Positions 18,746-30,552 of a stretch of DNA of 64,000 nucleotides are shown in pieces. Under the pieces are notes generated by a model. The model made no database searches and was not told where the DNA came from. It saw only the letters and a list, made by a program, of their open reading frames with translations. This DNA comes from Spirochaetia bacterium. Its GTDB lineage: Bacteria; Spirochaetota; Spirochaetia; SZUA-6; Bin103. Every line of letters begins with the position of its first letter. Position 1 is the first letter of the stretch. The stretch is from NCBI GenBank assembly GCA_965199955.1, contig CBDATQ010000001.1, forward strand, positions 1,248,001-1,312,000, written 5' to 3'. The translations under genes and the position numbers were made by a program.

Positions 18746-19417
18746 ATGCGTCTTGTCACGTGGAACACCGGGCATCGAGCCGACACACGGTCGCAGGCCG
18801 AGTTTCTGCGGGGCCTGTCACCCGACGTCATCGCGTTGCAGGAAATCATGCGAACGTCCCTCGATCGGTGGAAGCCGCTGCTGAGTGAGATCGGACTTCC
18901 TCATTGGATGAGCCCCGTGCGGGACCCGATGCGTGCCTACAGCGGCGTGCTCATCGCCTCGAAGGCCCCTCTCGACATGCTCTCGCCCGCGGACGGCGCG
19001 ATGGATACGGAGACCCGATGGCCGAACATGCATGCTTCACTCTCGGTGCAACTCGCCAACGGGATCAGGCTGCACACGGCGTGTCTGTGGGGAGAGCTTC
19101 CGGATCGGAAGGAAGTGATTCACTCGGCCATGTCTCGAAGAGGCCGGCATCCGACCATCCTGGCCGGCGACCTGCACGGCGATGAATCGGACGATCCCCT
19201 GGCGCTCCGGAAGTTCGGGGTGCGTGACGTATATCTCGATCTGCATGGCCACGATGAAGCCCCGTGCAGCTTCGTTGCGGGAACGCGGAGCGACCACGTC
19301 TTCGCGAGCCGTGACCTCCGCGTACGCCGCGCGCAGTACTGGACCGGGAAGATGGGCACGATCGCAGAGGGCGGACTGAGCGATCATGCCCCTCTGGAAG
19401 TGGTGTTCGACCTCTGA
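18746..19417 (+). CDS. endonuclease/exonuclease/phosphatase (EEP) family protein
   Basis: MRLVTWN, DVIALQE, ILAGDL, RSDHVFAS, LSDHAPL. Confidence 0.8.
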   Translation: MRLVTWNTGHRADTRSQAEFLRGLSPDVIALQEIMRTSLDRWKPLLSEIGLPHWMSPVRDPMRAYSGVLIASKAPLDMLSPADGAMDTETRWPNMHASLSVQLANGIRLHTACLWGELPDRKEVIHSAMSRRGRHPTILAGDLHGDESDDPLALRKFGVRDVYLDLHGHDEAPCSFVAGTRSDHVFASRDLRVRRAQYWTGKMGTIAEGGLSDHAPLEVVFDL

Positions 19418-19456
19418 AGGGAGGGCGACTCGCCGCCTGCGCTATCATCCCCGTCC

Positions 19457-20512
19457 ATGTCACGAACCAACGGCACGATCCGCGTCGGCATCGTCGGCGC
19501 GGGCAACAACACCCGCAACCGGCACATCCCCGGACTGAAGGCACAACCCGACGTCGAGCTGGCAGGCGTCGTGAACCGTTCCCGGCAGTCGTCCGAGCGG
19601 GCGGCAGCCGAGCACGGCATCGGCCGTGTCCACGAGCACTGGTGCGAGCTGGTCCAGGCCGACGACGTCGACGCCGTCCTGATCGGCACCTGGCCCTACC
19701 TGCACAAGCCGGTCACGCTCGCCGCGCTGGCCGCCGGCAAGCACGTCCTGACCGAGGCGCGGCTGGCCCTGAACCTGGCCGAGGCACGGGCGATGCTGGC
19801 CGCTTCGCGCGCGCGGCCCGACCTGGTCACGCAGGTGGTGCCGGCGGCGATGACCCTGGGCATGGACGCGACCATCTGCCGGCACATCGCCGACGGCTAC
19901 GTCGGCGACGTGCTGGCGGTCGAGCATCTGGGCGGCGGCGGATTCATCGATCGCGAGGCGCCGGCGATGTGGCGCGACAGCGCCGTCTACAGCGGGCTGA
20001 ACATCGGCTCGCTGGGCATCACCTACGAGACGATCATGCGCTGGGTGGGACCCGCCACCCGCGTGGCGGCGATCGGCAAGACCTTCGTGACGACCCGCCG
20101 CGACGACGCGGGCGTCGCGCAGGCCATGCAGCTTCCCGACCACCTGGAGGTCCTGGCCGACATGGCGTGCGGGGCGACGCTGCACCTGCAGCTCTCCAGC
20201 GTGATGGGCCACGGCATGGCCGGGACGACGATCTACGGATCGGAAGGCACGTTGCGCATCGCCGGCGGCCGGCTGCAGGGCGCGCGGCGGGAAGACGACG
20301 CGCTCGCACCTCTGCCGATTCCCCACGCAAAGCCGCGACCGGGCGAGCTCATGCCGCCCGGCTGGCGGGTGGAGGAGGAGTTCTGCGCCGCCATCCGCGG
20401 CGAGGGTGCGATCGAGCGCAACACGTTCGAGATCGGCGTCCAATACATGGCGTTCACGGAGGCCGTCCATCGCAGCATGGCCGACGGCCGCACGGCGCCG
20501 GTCGAGCGCTGA
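19457..20512 (+). CDS. Gfo/Idh/MocA family oxidoreductase
   Basis: IRVGIVGAG, IGTWPYLH, GKHVLTEAR. Confidence 0.9.
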   Translation: MSRTNGTIRVGIVGAGNNTRNRHIPGLKAQPDVELAGVVNRSRQSSERAAAEHGIGRVHEHWCELVQADDVDAVLIGTWPYLHKPVTLAALAAGKHVLTEARLALNLAEARAMLAASRARPDLVTQVVPAAMTLGMDATICRHIADGYVGDVLAVEHLGGGGFIDREAPAMWRDSAVYSGLNIGSLGITYETIMRWVGPATRVAAIGKTFVTTRRDDAGVAQAMQLPDHLEVLADMACGATLHLQLSSVMGHGMAGTTIYGSEGTLRIAGGRLQGARREDDALAPLPIPHAKPRPGELMPPGWRVEEEFCAAIRGEGAIERNTFEIGVQYMAFTEAVHRSMADGRTAPVER

Positions 20513-20523
20513 AGGGGAGAGGC

Positions 20524-21486
20524 ATGGAATATCGAACGCTCGGCAAGGCCGGCATCGAGGTTTCGCGCATCGGCTTGGGCTGCTACCAGATGGGCGGCAT
20601 GCACGGCGGCGGCGGTTGGCCCGGCATGGACGACGAGGAGTCGGTGCGCACCATCCACCACGCCGAAACGCTGGGCGTGAACCTGCTGGACACGGCCGAG
20701 GGCTACGGCGGCGGCCACTCGGAGCGGATCATCGGCCGCGCGCTCATCGGACGCCGCAGCCGCTACGTGGTGGCGACCAAGGTGGCGCCTCCGGTCGACG
20801 GCGACAGCGAAGCAGACGCGCGCTCCCGCGTTCAGACCGCCTGCGCCGGCAGCCTGCAGCGGCTCGGAACCGACTACATAGATATCTACCAGCTCCATGG
20901 CGTGCCGCCGAGCGAGCTGATGCCGGCCGTGGCCGAGGAGCTTGCGAAGCTGCAGCAGGCCGGCAAGATCCGCTGCTGGGGCATCTCCACCAACGACGGG
21001 GATGCCATGCGCGAGTTGCTGCGCCTGGGAAACCTGGCCATGGCGCAGGTGGGGCTGAGCATCGTCAATCCCACCGCGGACGACGCGCTGGCGCTGGCGC
21101 TGGAAGCGAACCTGGGCACGCTGATCCGCGTGCCGCTCGGCCAGGGAGCCTTGACCGGCACGTACTTCGACGCGCAGCAGCTCGACGGTGAGGATCGGCG
21201 CCACGAGCGCTTCACCGCCCCGCGCGCGCGTGCGGCGCTCGCCAAACTGGCCGAGTTGCGCTTTCTGACCGATCGAGGCCGCACGATGGTGCAGGCGGCG
21301 CTGCGGTTCGTGCTGGACACCGCCGGCGTGACGGCGGCCATACCCGGCGCCAGGGACCGGGCGCAACTGGAACAGAACGCCGGCGCCGTGGACGTGGCGC
21401 CGCTGTCGGCGAAGGAACGGGAGCGGGCCATGCGCATCGGCGCCGAGTCCGGCTGGCCGCTGCCGCCCTACGCGAAGAAGGCATAG
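20524..21486 (+). CDS. aldo/keto reductase
   Basis: MEYRTLGKAGIEVSRIGLG, DTAEGYG, VATK, LGTDYIDIYQLH; GGAGG RBS. Confidence 0.92.
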   Translation: MEYRTLGKAGIEVSRIGLGCYQMGGMHGGGGWPGMDDEESVRTIHHAETLGVNLLDTAEGYGGGHSERIIGRALIGRRSRYVVATKVAPPVDGDSEADARSRVQTACAGSLQRLGTDYIDIYQLHGVPPSELMPAVAEELAKLQQAGKIRCWGISTNDGDAMRELLRLGNLAMAQVGLSIVNPTADDALALALEANLGTLIRVPLGQGALTGTYFDAQQLDGEDRRHERFTAPRARAALAKLAELRFLTDRGRTMVQAALRFVLDTAGVTAAIPGARDRAQLEQNAGAVDVAPLSAKERERAMRIGAESGWPLPPYAKKA

Positions 21487-21492
21487 CCGCCG

Positions 21493-22029
21493 TTGCCGGC
21501 GCTGGCGGACGCGCGCTCGCTGCGCGACATCGACTGGGACACCTGGGAGCCGGTGGACGTCACCACCGTCGTGTTCGTCGTCGAGGACGGCCGCGCGCTG
21601 CTCATCCGCAAGAAGCGCGGGCTGGGGGCCGGCAAGGTGAACGCGCCGGGCGGGCGCGTCGAGGCGGGCGAGACTCCCGCGGCGGGGGCCGCGCGGGAGC
21701 TCTGGGAAGAGGTGCGCGTCCGCGCCGGCCGCCTCCGCCACCGCGGCGCGATCTCGTTCCAGTTCCTGGACGGCTACTCGACCCACATGCACGTGTTCCG
21801 CGCCACCAGCGCGCGCGGCACGCCCGCGGAGACCGACGAGGCCGAGCCGATGTGGGTGCCGCTCGACGCGATCCCGTACGAGCGGATGTGGGCCGACGAC
21901 CGCGAGTGGCTCCCCCGTTTCCTGGCGGGCGAGCGGTTCCGTGGCTGGGGGCTGTTCGACGGCGATACGATGCTGGACTTCAGACTGCAGACCGATGAGG
22001 ACGGCGATGGGTGGAACGATGGTGAGTGA
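21493..22029 (+). CDS. NUDIX 8-oxo-dGTP diphosphatase (MTH1-like)
   Basis: KKRGLGAGKVNAPGGRVEAGET...AARELWEE, IPYERMWADD..WLP. Confidence 0.88.
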   Translation: MPALADARSLRDIDWDTWEPVDVTTVVFVVEDGRALLIRKKRGLGAGKVNAPGGRVEAGETPAAGAARELWEEVRVRAGRLRHRGAISFQFLDGYSTHMHVFRATSARGTPAETDEAEPMWVPLDAIPYERMWADDREWLPRFLAGERFRGWGLFDGDTMLDFRLQTDEDGDGWNDGE

Positions 22030-23779
22030 GAGCACCTTCGCCGCGAGCAAGAGCGAGGCGCGCGGTGAGCGCGCCATGGTGGCCACCAAGCACCGGTTGG
22101 CCACCGCCGCCGCCCTGAGCTCGCTGCGCGCCGGCGGCAACGTCATGGACGCGGCCGTGGCGGCCGCGTTCGCGGTGGGGGTGGTGGAGCCTACCTCCAG
22201 CGGGATCGGCGGCGGCGGCTACCTGGTCTACCAGATGGGGGAGCGCGGCGGCGTGTTCGCCTTCCCCATGCGCGCGTCGCTGGCCGCCGCTCCCGACATG
22301 TACCGCCTCACGGGCGTGGCGGCGGTGGGCGCGTTCGGCTGGCCAGGCGTGGAGGACAACGCCAACCTGGAGGGACCGCGCTCCATCGCAACTCCCGGGG
22401 CGGTGGCCGGCCTCACGGCCGCGCACGCGGCGTTCGGGCGCCTGCCGCTCGACGCGGTGGTGGCGCCGGCCGTGGAGCTCGCGCAGTACGGCTTCGCTCC
22501 CGAGTTCCACGACGTGATGGCCTTTGCGAGTCAGGTGGGCAAGCTCACGCGCTACCCGGAGTTGCGCCGCACCTTTCTGCCGGCGGGCGAGCTGCCGTCC
22601 GGGGTCGAGATCCCCGGCAGCCCCTACGCGCGGGGCGACGTGCTGCGGGCGGCGCCGGTCAGGATCCGCCAGCCGGACCTGGGAGACACGCTGAGTGCGA
22701 TCGGCCGGAAAGGGGCCGACGCGTTCTATCGCGGCGAGGTAGGCCGCCGGCTGGTCGACGCGGTGCGCGATGCGGGAGGTATCCTCGACCATGCCGACCT
22801 TGAGAGCTATCGGCCGCTCCACTGGCAGACCGGCGCCGACCCGGCGCCGCTGGAAGTGGCCTACCGCGGCGACCGCGTGCGGGTGGCGCCGTTCGCCTCG
22901 GGCGGCATCACCAGCGCCATGACCTTGCAGCTCCTGTCCGGGAGCGACCTGCGCGCCTGCGAGCACAACGACGCCGAGGCCCTGCACCGCTATATCTGCG
23001 CCGCGCGCCTGGCCTACGCCGACCGCTTCGCCTACTTGGCCGACCCGGAGACCGCGGACGTGCCCTGGCGCGGCCTGACCTCGCCGTCCTACGCCGCGCG
23101 CCGCCAGACCGGCATCGGCGACAAGGCGCCGGCGCGCTTCAAAGCCGGCGACCCGTGGCGGGAGGAGGGCCGCAAGGCCCCGAAGCGTCCGCCCGGCAGC
23201 GCGCCGGCCTATCACGACGGCACCACCCACCTGTGCGTGATGGACGGCGACGGCAACGCCGTGTCGCTGACCAACACGCTGGGGTCCGGCTTCGGCTCCG
23301 GCGTGGTCGCCGGACGCACCGGCGTCATCCTCAACAACGGCATGATGTGGGTCGACCCGGTGCCCGGTCACGTCAACTCGATCGCGCCCGGCAAGCAGCC
23401 ACTGAACAACATGTCGCCCCTGCTGGTGCTGGGAGAGGGAGGCGCTCGGCTGGCGGTCGGCGCCTCCGGCGGCCGGCGGATCACCAACTGCGTCACCAGC
23501 CTGGTGGTGAAGATGCTCGACTTCGGCCTGGGTCCGCAGGCCGCGATCGACGCGCCGCGCCTGGACTGCAGCACGCCGCTGACCGCCGTCGACGGCCGCC
23601 TGGACCCGGACGTGGTCGAGGAGCTGCGCGCCCGCCGCCACCGCGTGGTGGTGATCGACCCGCGCTACACCACCGAGGGCATGAGCCCGTTCGCCAGCCC
23701 GCTGGCCATCACCCGCGGACCCGACGGCCTGCGCGGCGGCGCCGACACCTTCCACACCGCCCACGCCGCCGGATTGTAA
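22019..23779 (+). CDS. ggt: gamma-glutamyltransferase family protein
   Basis: GGNVMDAAVAAAFAVGVVEP.SSGIGGGG, autocleavage TTHLCVMD..GNAVSLT.T, GASGGRRI. Confidence 0.9.
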   Translation: MVSESTFAASKSEARGERAMVATKHRLATAAALSSLRAGGNVMDAAVAAAFAVGVVEPTSSGIGGGGYLVYQMGERGGVFAFPMRASLAAAPDMYRLTGVAAVGAFGWPGVEDNANLEGPRSIATPGAVAGLTAAHAAFGRLPLDAVVAPAVELAQYGFAPEFHDVMAFASQVGKLTRYPELRRTFLPAGELPSGVEIPGSPYARGDVLRAAPVRIRQPDLGDTLSAIGRKGADAFYRGEVGRRLVDAVRDAGGILDHADLESYRPLHWQTGADPAPLEVAYRGDRVRVAPFASGGITSAMTLQLLSGSDLRACEHNDAEALHRYICAARLAYADRFAYLADPETADVPWRGLTSPSYAARRQTGIGDKAPARFKAGDPWREEGRKAPKRPPGSAPAYHDGTTHLCVMDGDGNAVSLTNTLGSGFGSGVVAGRTGVILNNGMMWVDPVPGHVNSIAPGKQPLNNMSPLLVLGEGGARLAVGASGGRRITNCVTSLVVKMLDFGLGPQAAIDAPRLDCSTPLTAVDGRLDPDVVEELRARRHRVVVIDPRYTTEGMSPFASPLAITRGPDGLRGGADTFHTAHAAGL

Positions 23780-23849
23780 GGGGTCAAGCCCAGCTCAACG
23801 GCCGGTTCTCACATCGGCAAGGAGCCGATTGGCGCGTGTCTCGAGGTCA

Positions 23850-25087
23850 GCTCAGCGATCGATGATGCGAACGACTCGCCATCATCGAGCTCCATCCCGG
23901 CTACCGCGACTTCCTCGAGGCCGTGCACGGCTGGTTCGCGAACGGCTACCTCTACAAGGAATTCTCGATCGTCAAGCGCGCCGACATCGACCAGGCCGTC
24001 CGCGACAACCGTGTCGCCGCCTCCCTGTCCGGCGCCGGCCGCATCACCGACCGCAACCACTGGGCGGAGACGATGCGCAAGGGCCGCGACCGTGCGTTGA
24101 TGTCGACAAGCGTTCAGAGCATCCCGACGCGGCGATGAAGTTCATCGACCTGGGGTTCCGGTGGGAAGACGTGTACGGCTATCTCACCACCCGGCACGGC
24201 ATCCAGGGCGTGTCTACTTCGGCGGCCAGTGGGTCGGGTTGAAGTACTTCGAGCGCTTCGTGTCGTCGTTCTACTTCTGGAACGTCGTGCGCAACACGCT
24301 GGTGTTCAGCCTGCTGCGGCTGCTGCTGGGGCCGACCCTGGCCATCATGCTGGCACTGCTGCTCAACGAGGTGCGCAACCTCGTGTTCAAGCGGGTGGCG
24401 CAGACCGTCTCCTACCTGCCGCACTTCATCTCGTGGGTGGTGGTGGCGTCGCTCGTGCACGCCATCCTCTCGGTGGACGGCGGGCTGCTCAACCTGATCA
24501 TCACCGGTCTGGGCGGCGATGCGGTGCTGTTCCTGGCGACCCGCGTTTCTTCCGCTCATCGCCCTCTCCACCTGGATGTGGCACGGGGTGGGATGGGGCT
24601 CGATCATCTACCTTGCCGCGATCGCCGGGATCGACCCCGAGCTCTACGACACGGCGCCGGCGGGGTCCCGGTGGCCGACGTGGACATCGGCGCCGTGCAG
24701 CGCGAGCTGGTCGAGTCCGGGGCGATGCTCACCTTCCTGAACGACGGCAATCCGGGCGACGGCGATGCGGTGCCGACGCTGCAGATGCTCGGCGTGCACG
24801 GCTTCTTCGCGTCGTACGACGCGCGCCCGGCCGAGCCGCTGGACCGGGCCGAAGCCGCGCTGTGGGCCGACGGACTGGCAGACGTGCGCGGTGGCGTCAA
24901 CGTGGCCGACGAGTTGGCGCGACGCATCCTGAACTGCGCGCCGGCCGGTCGTGGCGTTACACGCGCCGAGTGGAACGAGTTGCTGCTTGCACGCGGCATG
25001 CCGCCGGAACGAGACGGGCCCGAGTCCGCGACGTCCCTCACCCGAGCGGGGGCGGCGGGTCTCGCCTACCGCGTGCTGGCGCGCTGA
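23850..25087 (+). pseudogene. collapsed operon remnant: carbohydrate SBP pieces, ABC permease piece and 3' end of another enzyme gene
   Basis: PGYRDFLEAVHGWFANGYLYKE and SEHPDAAMKFID (SBP); WVGLKYF..QTVSYLPHFISWVVV, then frameshifted GWGSIIYLAAIAGIDPELY (permease); then PVADVDIGAVQRELVESGA (resembles the C-terminus of an FAD-dependent oxidoreductase). Confidence 0.7.
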
Positions 25088-25111
25088 CTCGGCTTCAGCC
25101 GCCGGTTGCGC

Positions 25112-26067
<956 letters not shown>

Positions 26068-26071
<4 letters not shown>

Positions 26072-27519
26072 GCCGCCGCCGCCGGCAGGATGCCGCTGGG
26101 GCGTATCGACGCCAGCGGCTCCGGGCGAAGCCCGTTCCCGGCCAGGATGGCGTTGGCGGCGGCGATCCCGGAGGCGGCCGCACGCTCCATGAGCGCGCTC
26201 GGCTGCTCGATGCGGACGAAGTCGCCGGCCAGGTAGATGCCGGCGTGCGGGGTCTCCACCCCCGGGCGGCCGGCGCGCGAACCGGGTGCGAACGCCGGGC
26301 AGTCATCCCGCAGCAGGTACACCTCGTCCAGCGGCCGGGCGTCGCGGGTCTCCGGATACAGTTGGTGCAGGCCGCGCAGCATCGCCGTGCGCAGCTCCTG
26401 CTCGGTGGTCCCGTCCGGCACGGCGTAGGCGTGCAACTCGACCACCGAGCCGCCGTGCTCGGCGGCCCAGGCGCGGCTCTCGTCCTCGAACAGGTGGAAC
26501 AGGGAGATGTTGTCCAGCAGCGGGAAGCCGGCCGTGCCGGCGAACGGCACGCGCTCGGCGGCGATGGGGCGGTCCAGCCACAGGCGCCACACGGCAAACG
26601 GCAGGGTCGTCTCCAGGGCGCGCACGCGTGCCGCCCAGTCGCCGCGGTCGAACGGCGTGGCGGGCAGCAGCCGCTTCAGCCCCGCCACGTCCAGGGCCAG
26701 CACCACGGCGTCGGCCGCCACCGGATCGGTGTCTCCGTCCGTCTCGACCGCCCAGGAACCGGCGTCGCGCCGGATGCCGCGGGCCTGGGTACCGGTGCGG
26801 ACGGTGGCGCCGCGCTCCTCGACGTAGCGCCGCATCGGCTCCCAGATCCCGGTGGAGAACGGCTGCCGGGCCACGTCGAACGGCAACCCTTCCGGATTTC
26901 CGGTGAAGTAGAAGTGGAACATCATCAGCAGCTCGGCGGCGGACATGCCGCCCTCCGGATTGAAGAACGAGTGCGCGAACACGTCGAACAGCAGGTGCCG
27001 GGCGTCGGGAGGAAAGCGCAGCGAGTCCAGGTATTCGGTGGCGGAGCGGCGGTCGTGGCGCTCGTAGGTGCGCTCGGCGTCGAAGGCCAGCATCGACAGC
27101 GCGGAGCGCAGCCGCACGCGGCGCAGCGCCGCCAGGGTCAGCGACGGCGTGCGCCACGTGAGGGAGACGATGTTCCACGGCGCGCGCCTGGGCAGGCGGG
27201 CGAACGACTGCTGCGCGCCGCCGGTGCCCAGGACGGGATAGTCGTCCAGCGGTTGCAGCAGGTCGAGGTCGGGCGAGATGCGCCGCAGCAGCGCGCGCAG
27301 GTTGTAGTACTGGCGGAAGAACGCGTGAAAACCGCGGTCCATCTGCACCGTCTCGCCGGTAGCCAGCCGCACCGCGAACGCCCCGGCGCGCCCGCCCAGG
27401 CCCATCTCCCGCTCCAGCACGGTGACTCGGATGCCGCGCTCGGCCAGCACGACGGCCGCCGCCATGCCGGCGATGCCGCCGCCCACCACCGCGACGCGCG
27501 GCACTTCGCGGCCGGTCAC
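26068..27519 (-). CDS. crtU: carotenoid phi-ring synthase (isorenieratene synthase)
   Basis: VVGGGIAG, RGFHAFFRQYYNLR, SFFN...MSAAEL..MFHFYF, VVELHAYA, LMERAA; GTG overlaps the methyltransferase stop. Confidence 0.8.
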
Positions 27520-28250
27520 CGGTCGCCTTCCGGGCTGCGGGCCAGAAAGGAGTGGACGATGCCGCGCTGCCAGCCGCCGGCCGGCAGTGTCCGCACGTTG
27601 GTGAAACCGGCCCGCTGCAGGCGCTGCTCGAATCCGTCCACGCTGTCGAACCCCAGGACGCTGTCGCGCAGGTAGCGGAACAGCCCGTCGTCTCCGGTCA
27701 CCACGCGCGCGGCGGGAATGATGATCAGCGCCGTTACCGCCTTCCACACGGCAGTGTGGAACGGCGAGCCGGTCACGGAGTATTCATGGAAGCAGACCGG
27801 CGCGCCCGGGGCCAGCAGCTCGCGCACCCGCTGCAGGCAGGCGTCGGCGTCGGGCACGTTGCGGATCCCGTAGGCCATCAGAATGCCGTCGAACGGACCG
27901 TCGATGCCGGCGGCGGCCGGATCCATGGCGTCGCCGTGGACGAACTCGACGCCCGCGAGCTGCGGACGGGCGCGCGCCACCTGCAGCATCTCGGCCGCGG
28001 CGTCCAGGCCGCACAGCGTGGCCTGCGGGTAGACGGCGCGCAGCGCCAAGGTCGACTGTCCGGTGCCGCAGCAGAGGTCCAGGATGCGGGCTTTGCCGGC
28101 CAGCTCCAGCCGTTCCGCGCTCCGGCGCAGGTGCCGGCGGTAGCCGGGGTTGAGTCCGACCAGCAGGTCGTAGAAGGCGGCGACGCGGTCGAAGTCGGCG
28201 GCGACGCGGCCGCCCGGCTGACCTGGGGCGCCGCGCGAGTGGTCGGTCAT
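27516..28250 (-). CDS. UbiE-like SAM methyltransferase (CrtT-like)
   Basis: FD..A..YDLLVGLNPGY, LDLCCGTG, HEYSV, GWQRGIVHSF; translationally coupled between crtY and crtU. Confidence 0.8.
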   Translation of the reverse strand: MTDHSRGAPGQPGGRVAADFDRVAAFYDLLVGLNPGYRRHLRRSAERLELAGKARILDLCCGTGQSTLALRAVYPQATLCGLDAAAEMLQVARARPQLAGVEFVHGDAMDPAAAGIDGPFDGILMAYGIRNVPDADACLQRVRELLAPGAPVCFHEYSVTGSPFHTAVWKAVTALIIIPAARVVTGDDGLFRYLRDSVLGFDSVDGFEQRLQRAGFTNVRTLPAGGWQRGIVHSFLARSPEGDR

Positions 28251-29425
28251 CCGTTTCCCGATGCGTGCGTGAGGCGGTCGCCTGTCCTGGCCGGGAGCGA
28301 CAGGCCGGCGGGGGGCCGGCCGCCCAGGATGCGTATCTTGTCGCCGGGGCGCAGCCGCATCGCGTAGTAGCGGGCGATGGTGGGCTCGGGGAGCCGATAG
28401 AAGCGCTCGAAGATGCCGCGCCGCGCCTCCGGCGGATACCACCGGAACAGCAGCCGGTTGAGCAGGTGGCAGAACCGGGCGCGTCGCCGCCGCTCGCGCG
28501 CCGCGGCAGCCACCGCGTCGCGCAGGGCGTCCGCCGGAGTGGTCGCGATCAGCTCGGCCAGCTCGGCGGCCAGCGGCAGGGAGTAGCCGGTGCCGGGGTG
28601 GAACCAGCCGCCGCGGTAGCCGCCGGTCACGACGGAGGAGCCGGCGAAGAGCGATGGGGGATCCGCCGGCGTTTCGGCCATCGGCATCGGCAGTACGCCC
28701 CGCTCGGTGCGCTCGACCCGGAGCGCCTCCCAGCCCTGCTCCCGGAGCCACTCGGCGATCCGCCACCGGCGCTCGTCCTCGTCCAGCTCCGGGCCGTCTG
28801 AGAAGGAGGTGTCCTCCACCAGCGCGCGCTCAGGCGCGAGGGGCAGAACGTACATGAACCGGTACCCGTCGCGCTGGGCGACCGTGGCGTCCATCACGAT
28901 CGGCCGGGTCAGCCCGTGCCCGCGCCGCAGGATGATCTCTTCGCCATAGAATTTCTGCCAGCCGCACGGGACGGCCGCCCGGCCGGCGCCGCGCGCGTCG
29001 ACCACGGTCCGCGCGGCAAGCGTCCGGCCGTCCGCCAGCCGTACGGTTCCGGCGCCGTCCATGTCGGCGGGCATCTGCTCGCACGCCATCGACCCGGCGC
29101 GCTTCTCCAGCATGCTCAGGACCTGCAACCGCAGCCGCTCGCTCGAGATCATCGCGTACGGCGTGTCGAGCACTCGCCGGTAACCCGGGAAGCGCACTTC
29201 GTAGGAGCTCCACCGGTATGCCACGAACGGGTCGACGTGGCGCCGCATGGCCGGCGAAAGGTCGCCGGCATGGAAGCACCAGGTGTGGTTGCCGCCGATC
29301 CGCTCGCGCTCGGCCAACGCGACTGCGCCGACAGAGCCCGACCCGGACACGGCGGCGACGATCAGCCCGCTCTGCAGGCCGCCGCCGCACAGCGCCAGGT
29401 CCATGTCCATCACGCCCGCAGCCAT
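28247..29425 (-). CDS. crtY: lycopene beta-cyclase
   Basis: GGGL.SGL, GGNHTWCFH, WQKFYG, PIVMDATVAQRDGYRFMYVLP, FHPGTGYSLP, FERFYRLP, GRPP. Confidence 0.9.
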   Translation of the reverse strand: MAAGVMDMDLALCGGGLQSGLIVAAVSGSGSVGAVALAERERIGGNHTWCFHAGDLSPAMRRHVDPFVAYRWSSYEVRFPGYRRVLDTPYAMISSERLRLQVLSMLEKRAGSMACEQMPADMDGAGTVRLADGRTLAARTVVDARGAGRAAVPCGWQKFYGEEIILRRGHGLTRPIVMDATVAQRDGYRFMYVLPLAPERALVEDTSFSDGPELDEDERRWRIAEWLREQGWEALRVERTERGVLPMPMAETPADPPSLFAGSSVVTGGYRGGWFHPGTGYSLPLAAELAELIATTPADALRDAVAAAARERRRRARFCHLLNRLLFRWYPPEARRGIFERFYRLPEPTIARYYAMRLRPGDKIRILGGRPPAGLSLPARTGDRLTHASGNG

Positions 29426-29529
29426 GCACCCCGAGCATCGTCTGTCGCGGGCAGTCCGGCAAGCGCGGGCCGCCCGATCCGGTTCCGGGACCGTTTGAAC
29501 AAATCCGGGCCGGCCGGCACCATCGCCGC

Positions 29530-30543
29530 ATGGATCCGCTGGAGCTGCACCGCGACGCGCTGGTCATCGACAGCCACAACGACTCGGTCGTCGCCAGCGT
29601 GTCGAGCGGCAGCGGACTCGGCGGCGCGCCGACGCGCCATGCCGGGGGCGGCACCATCGCCCAGCTCAGAGGGGCGCTCCACGGGCCTCCGGAAGGGGAT
29701 CGCATCCAGCTTGACCTGCAGCGCATGCGCGACGGCGGCATCGACGCGGCGTTCTTCGCCGTCTGCGTCACGAAGGCATGGAGCAACCACGCCGCCTATG
29801 CCCTGGACGGTTTCGGCATCCTGATGGCGGAGATGGCCGAGGATGACGGCTTCCGGATCGCGCGCACTGCCGCGGACCTCACGCAGGCGAAGGAGGACGG
29901 GGCGATCGCGGCGATCCTGGCGCTGGAGGACTCCAACGGGTTGGAGAGGAGTCTCAACATCCTCTCCGCCCTGTACGCACTGGGCCTGCGGTCCGTGGGT
30001 ATCACGCACAACCCCGTGTCCTGGGCGGCCGCCGGCGCGCACGAGCCCGCGTCCGGCGGGCTGACCAGCCACGGCGTCGCGCTCGTGCACGAGCTGAACC
30101 GGCTCGGGATCCTGGTCGACGTGTCGCACCTGAACGACGCGGGATTCTGGGACGTGGTGGCGGAGACCGATCAACCGCTGATCGCCTCGCACAGCAACTG
30201 CCGCGCCCTGTGCAGCCAGCCGCGCAACCTGGACGACCGGCAGATCGAGGCGGTAGCCGCCACCGGCGGAGTGGTGGCGATCACCTTCGTGCCAAAGTTC
30301 GTCTCGGACACGGAGCCCGACCTGGAGCGCCTGCTCGACCACGTCGACCACGCCATCGAGGTGGCGGGAGCGGAGCACGTGGGACTGGGATCGGACTTCG
30401 ACGGCGGCGGCACGGTGATCCCGCACGCTGGCGAGTATCCGACTCTGACCGCCGGGATGGCCGCCCGCGGCCACGATGAGCAGGTGATCCGCGGCGTGCT
30501 GGGCCTGAACTACCTGCGCGTGTTCCGCGCGGTGTGCGGGTAG
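29530..30543 (+). CDS. membrane dipeptidase (peptidase M19)
   Basis: VIDSHND, VDVSHL, IASHSN, PRNLDD, HVGLGSDFDG, GLNYLRV. Confidence 0.92.
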   Translation: MDPLELHRDALVIDSHNDSVVASVSSGSGLGGAPTRHAGGGTIAQLRGALHGPPEGDRIQLDLQRMRDGGIDAAFFAVCVTKAWSNHAAYALDGFGILMAEMAEDDGFRIARTAADLTQAKEDGAIAAILALEDSNGLERSLNILSALYALGLRSVGITHNPVSWAAAGAHEPASGGLTSHGVALVHELNRLGILVDVSHLNDAGFWDVVAETDQPLIASHSNCRALCSQPRNLDDRQIEAVAATGGVVAITFVPKFVSDTEPDLERLLDHVDHAIEVAGAEHVGLGSDFDGGGTVIPHAGEYPTLTAGMAARGHDEQVIRGVLGLNYLRVFRAVCG

Positions 30544-30552
30544 AATAGCGCG

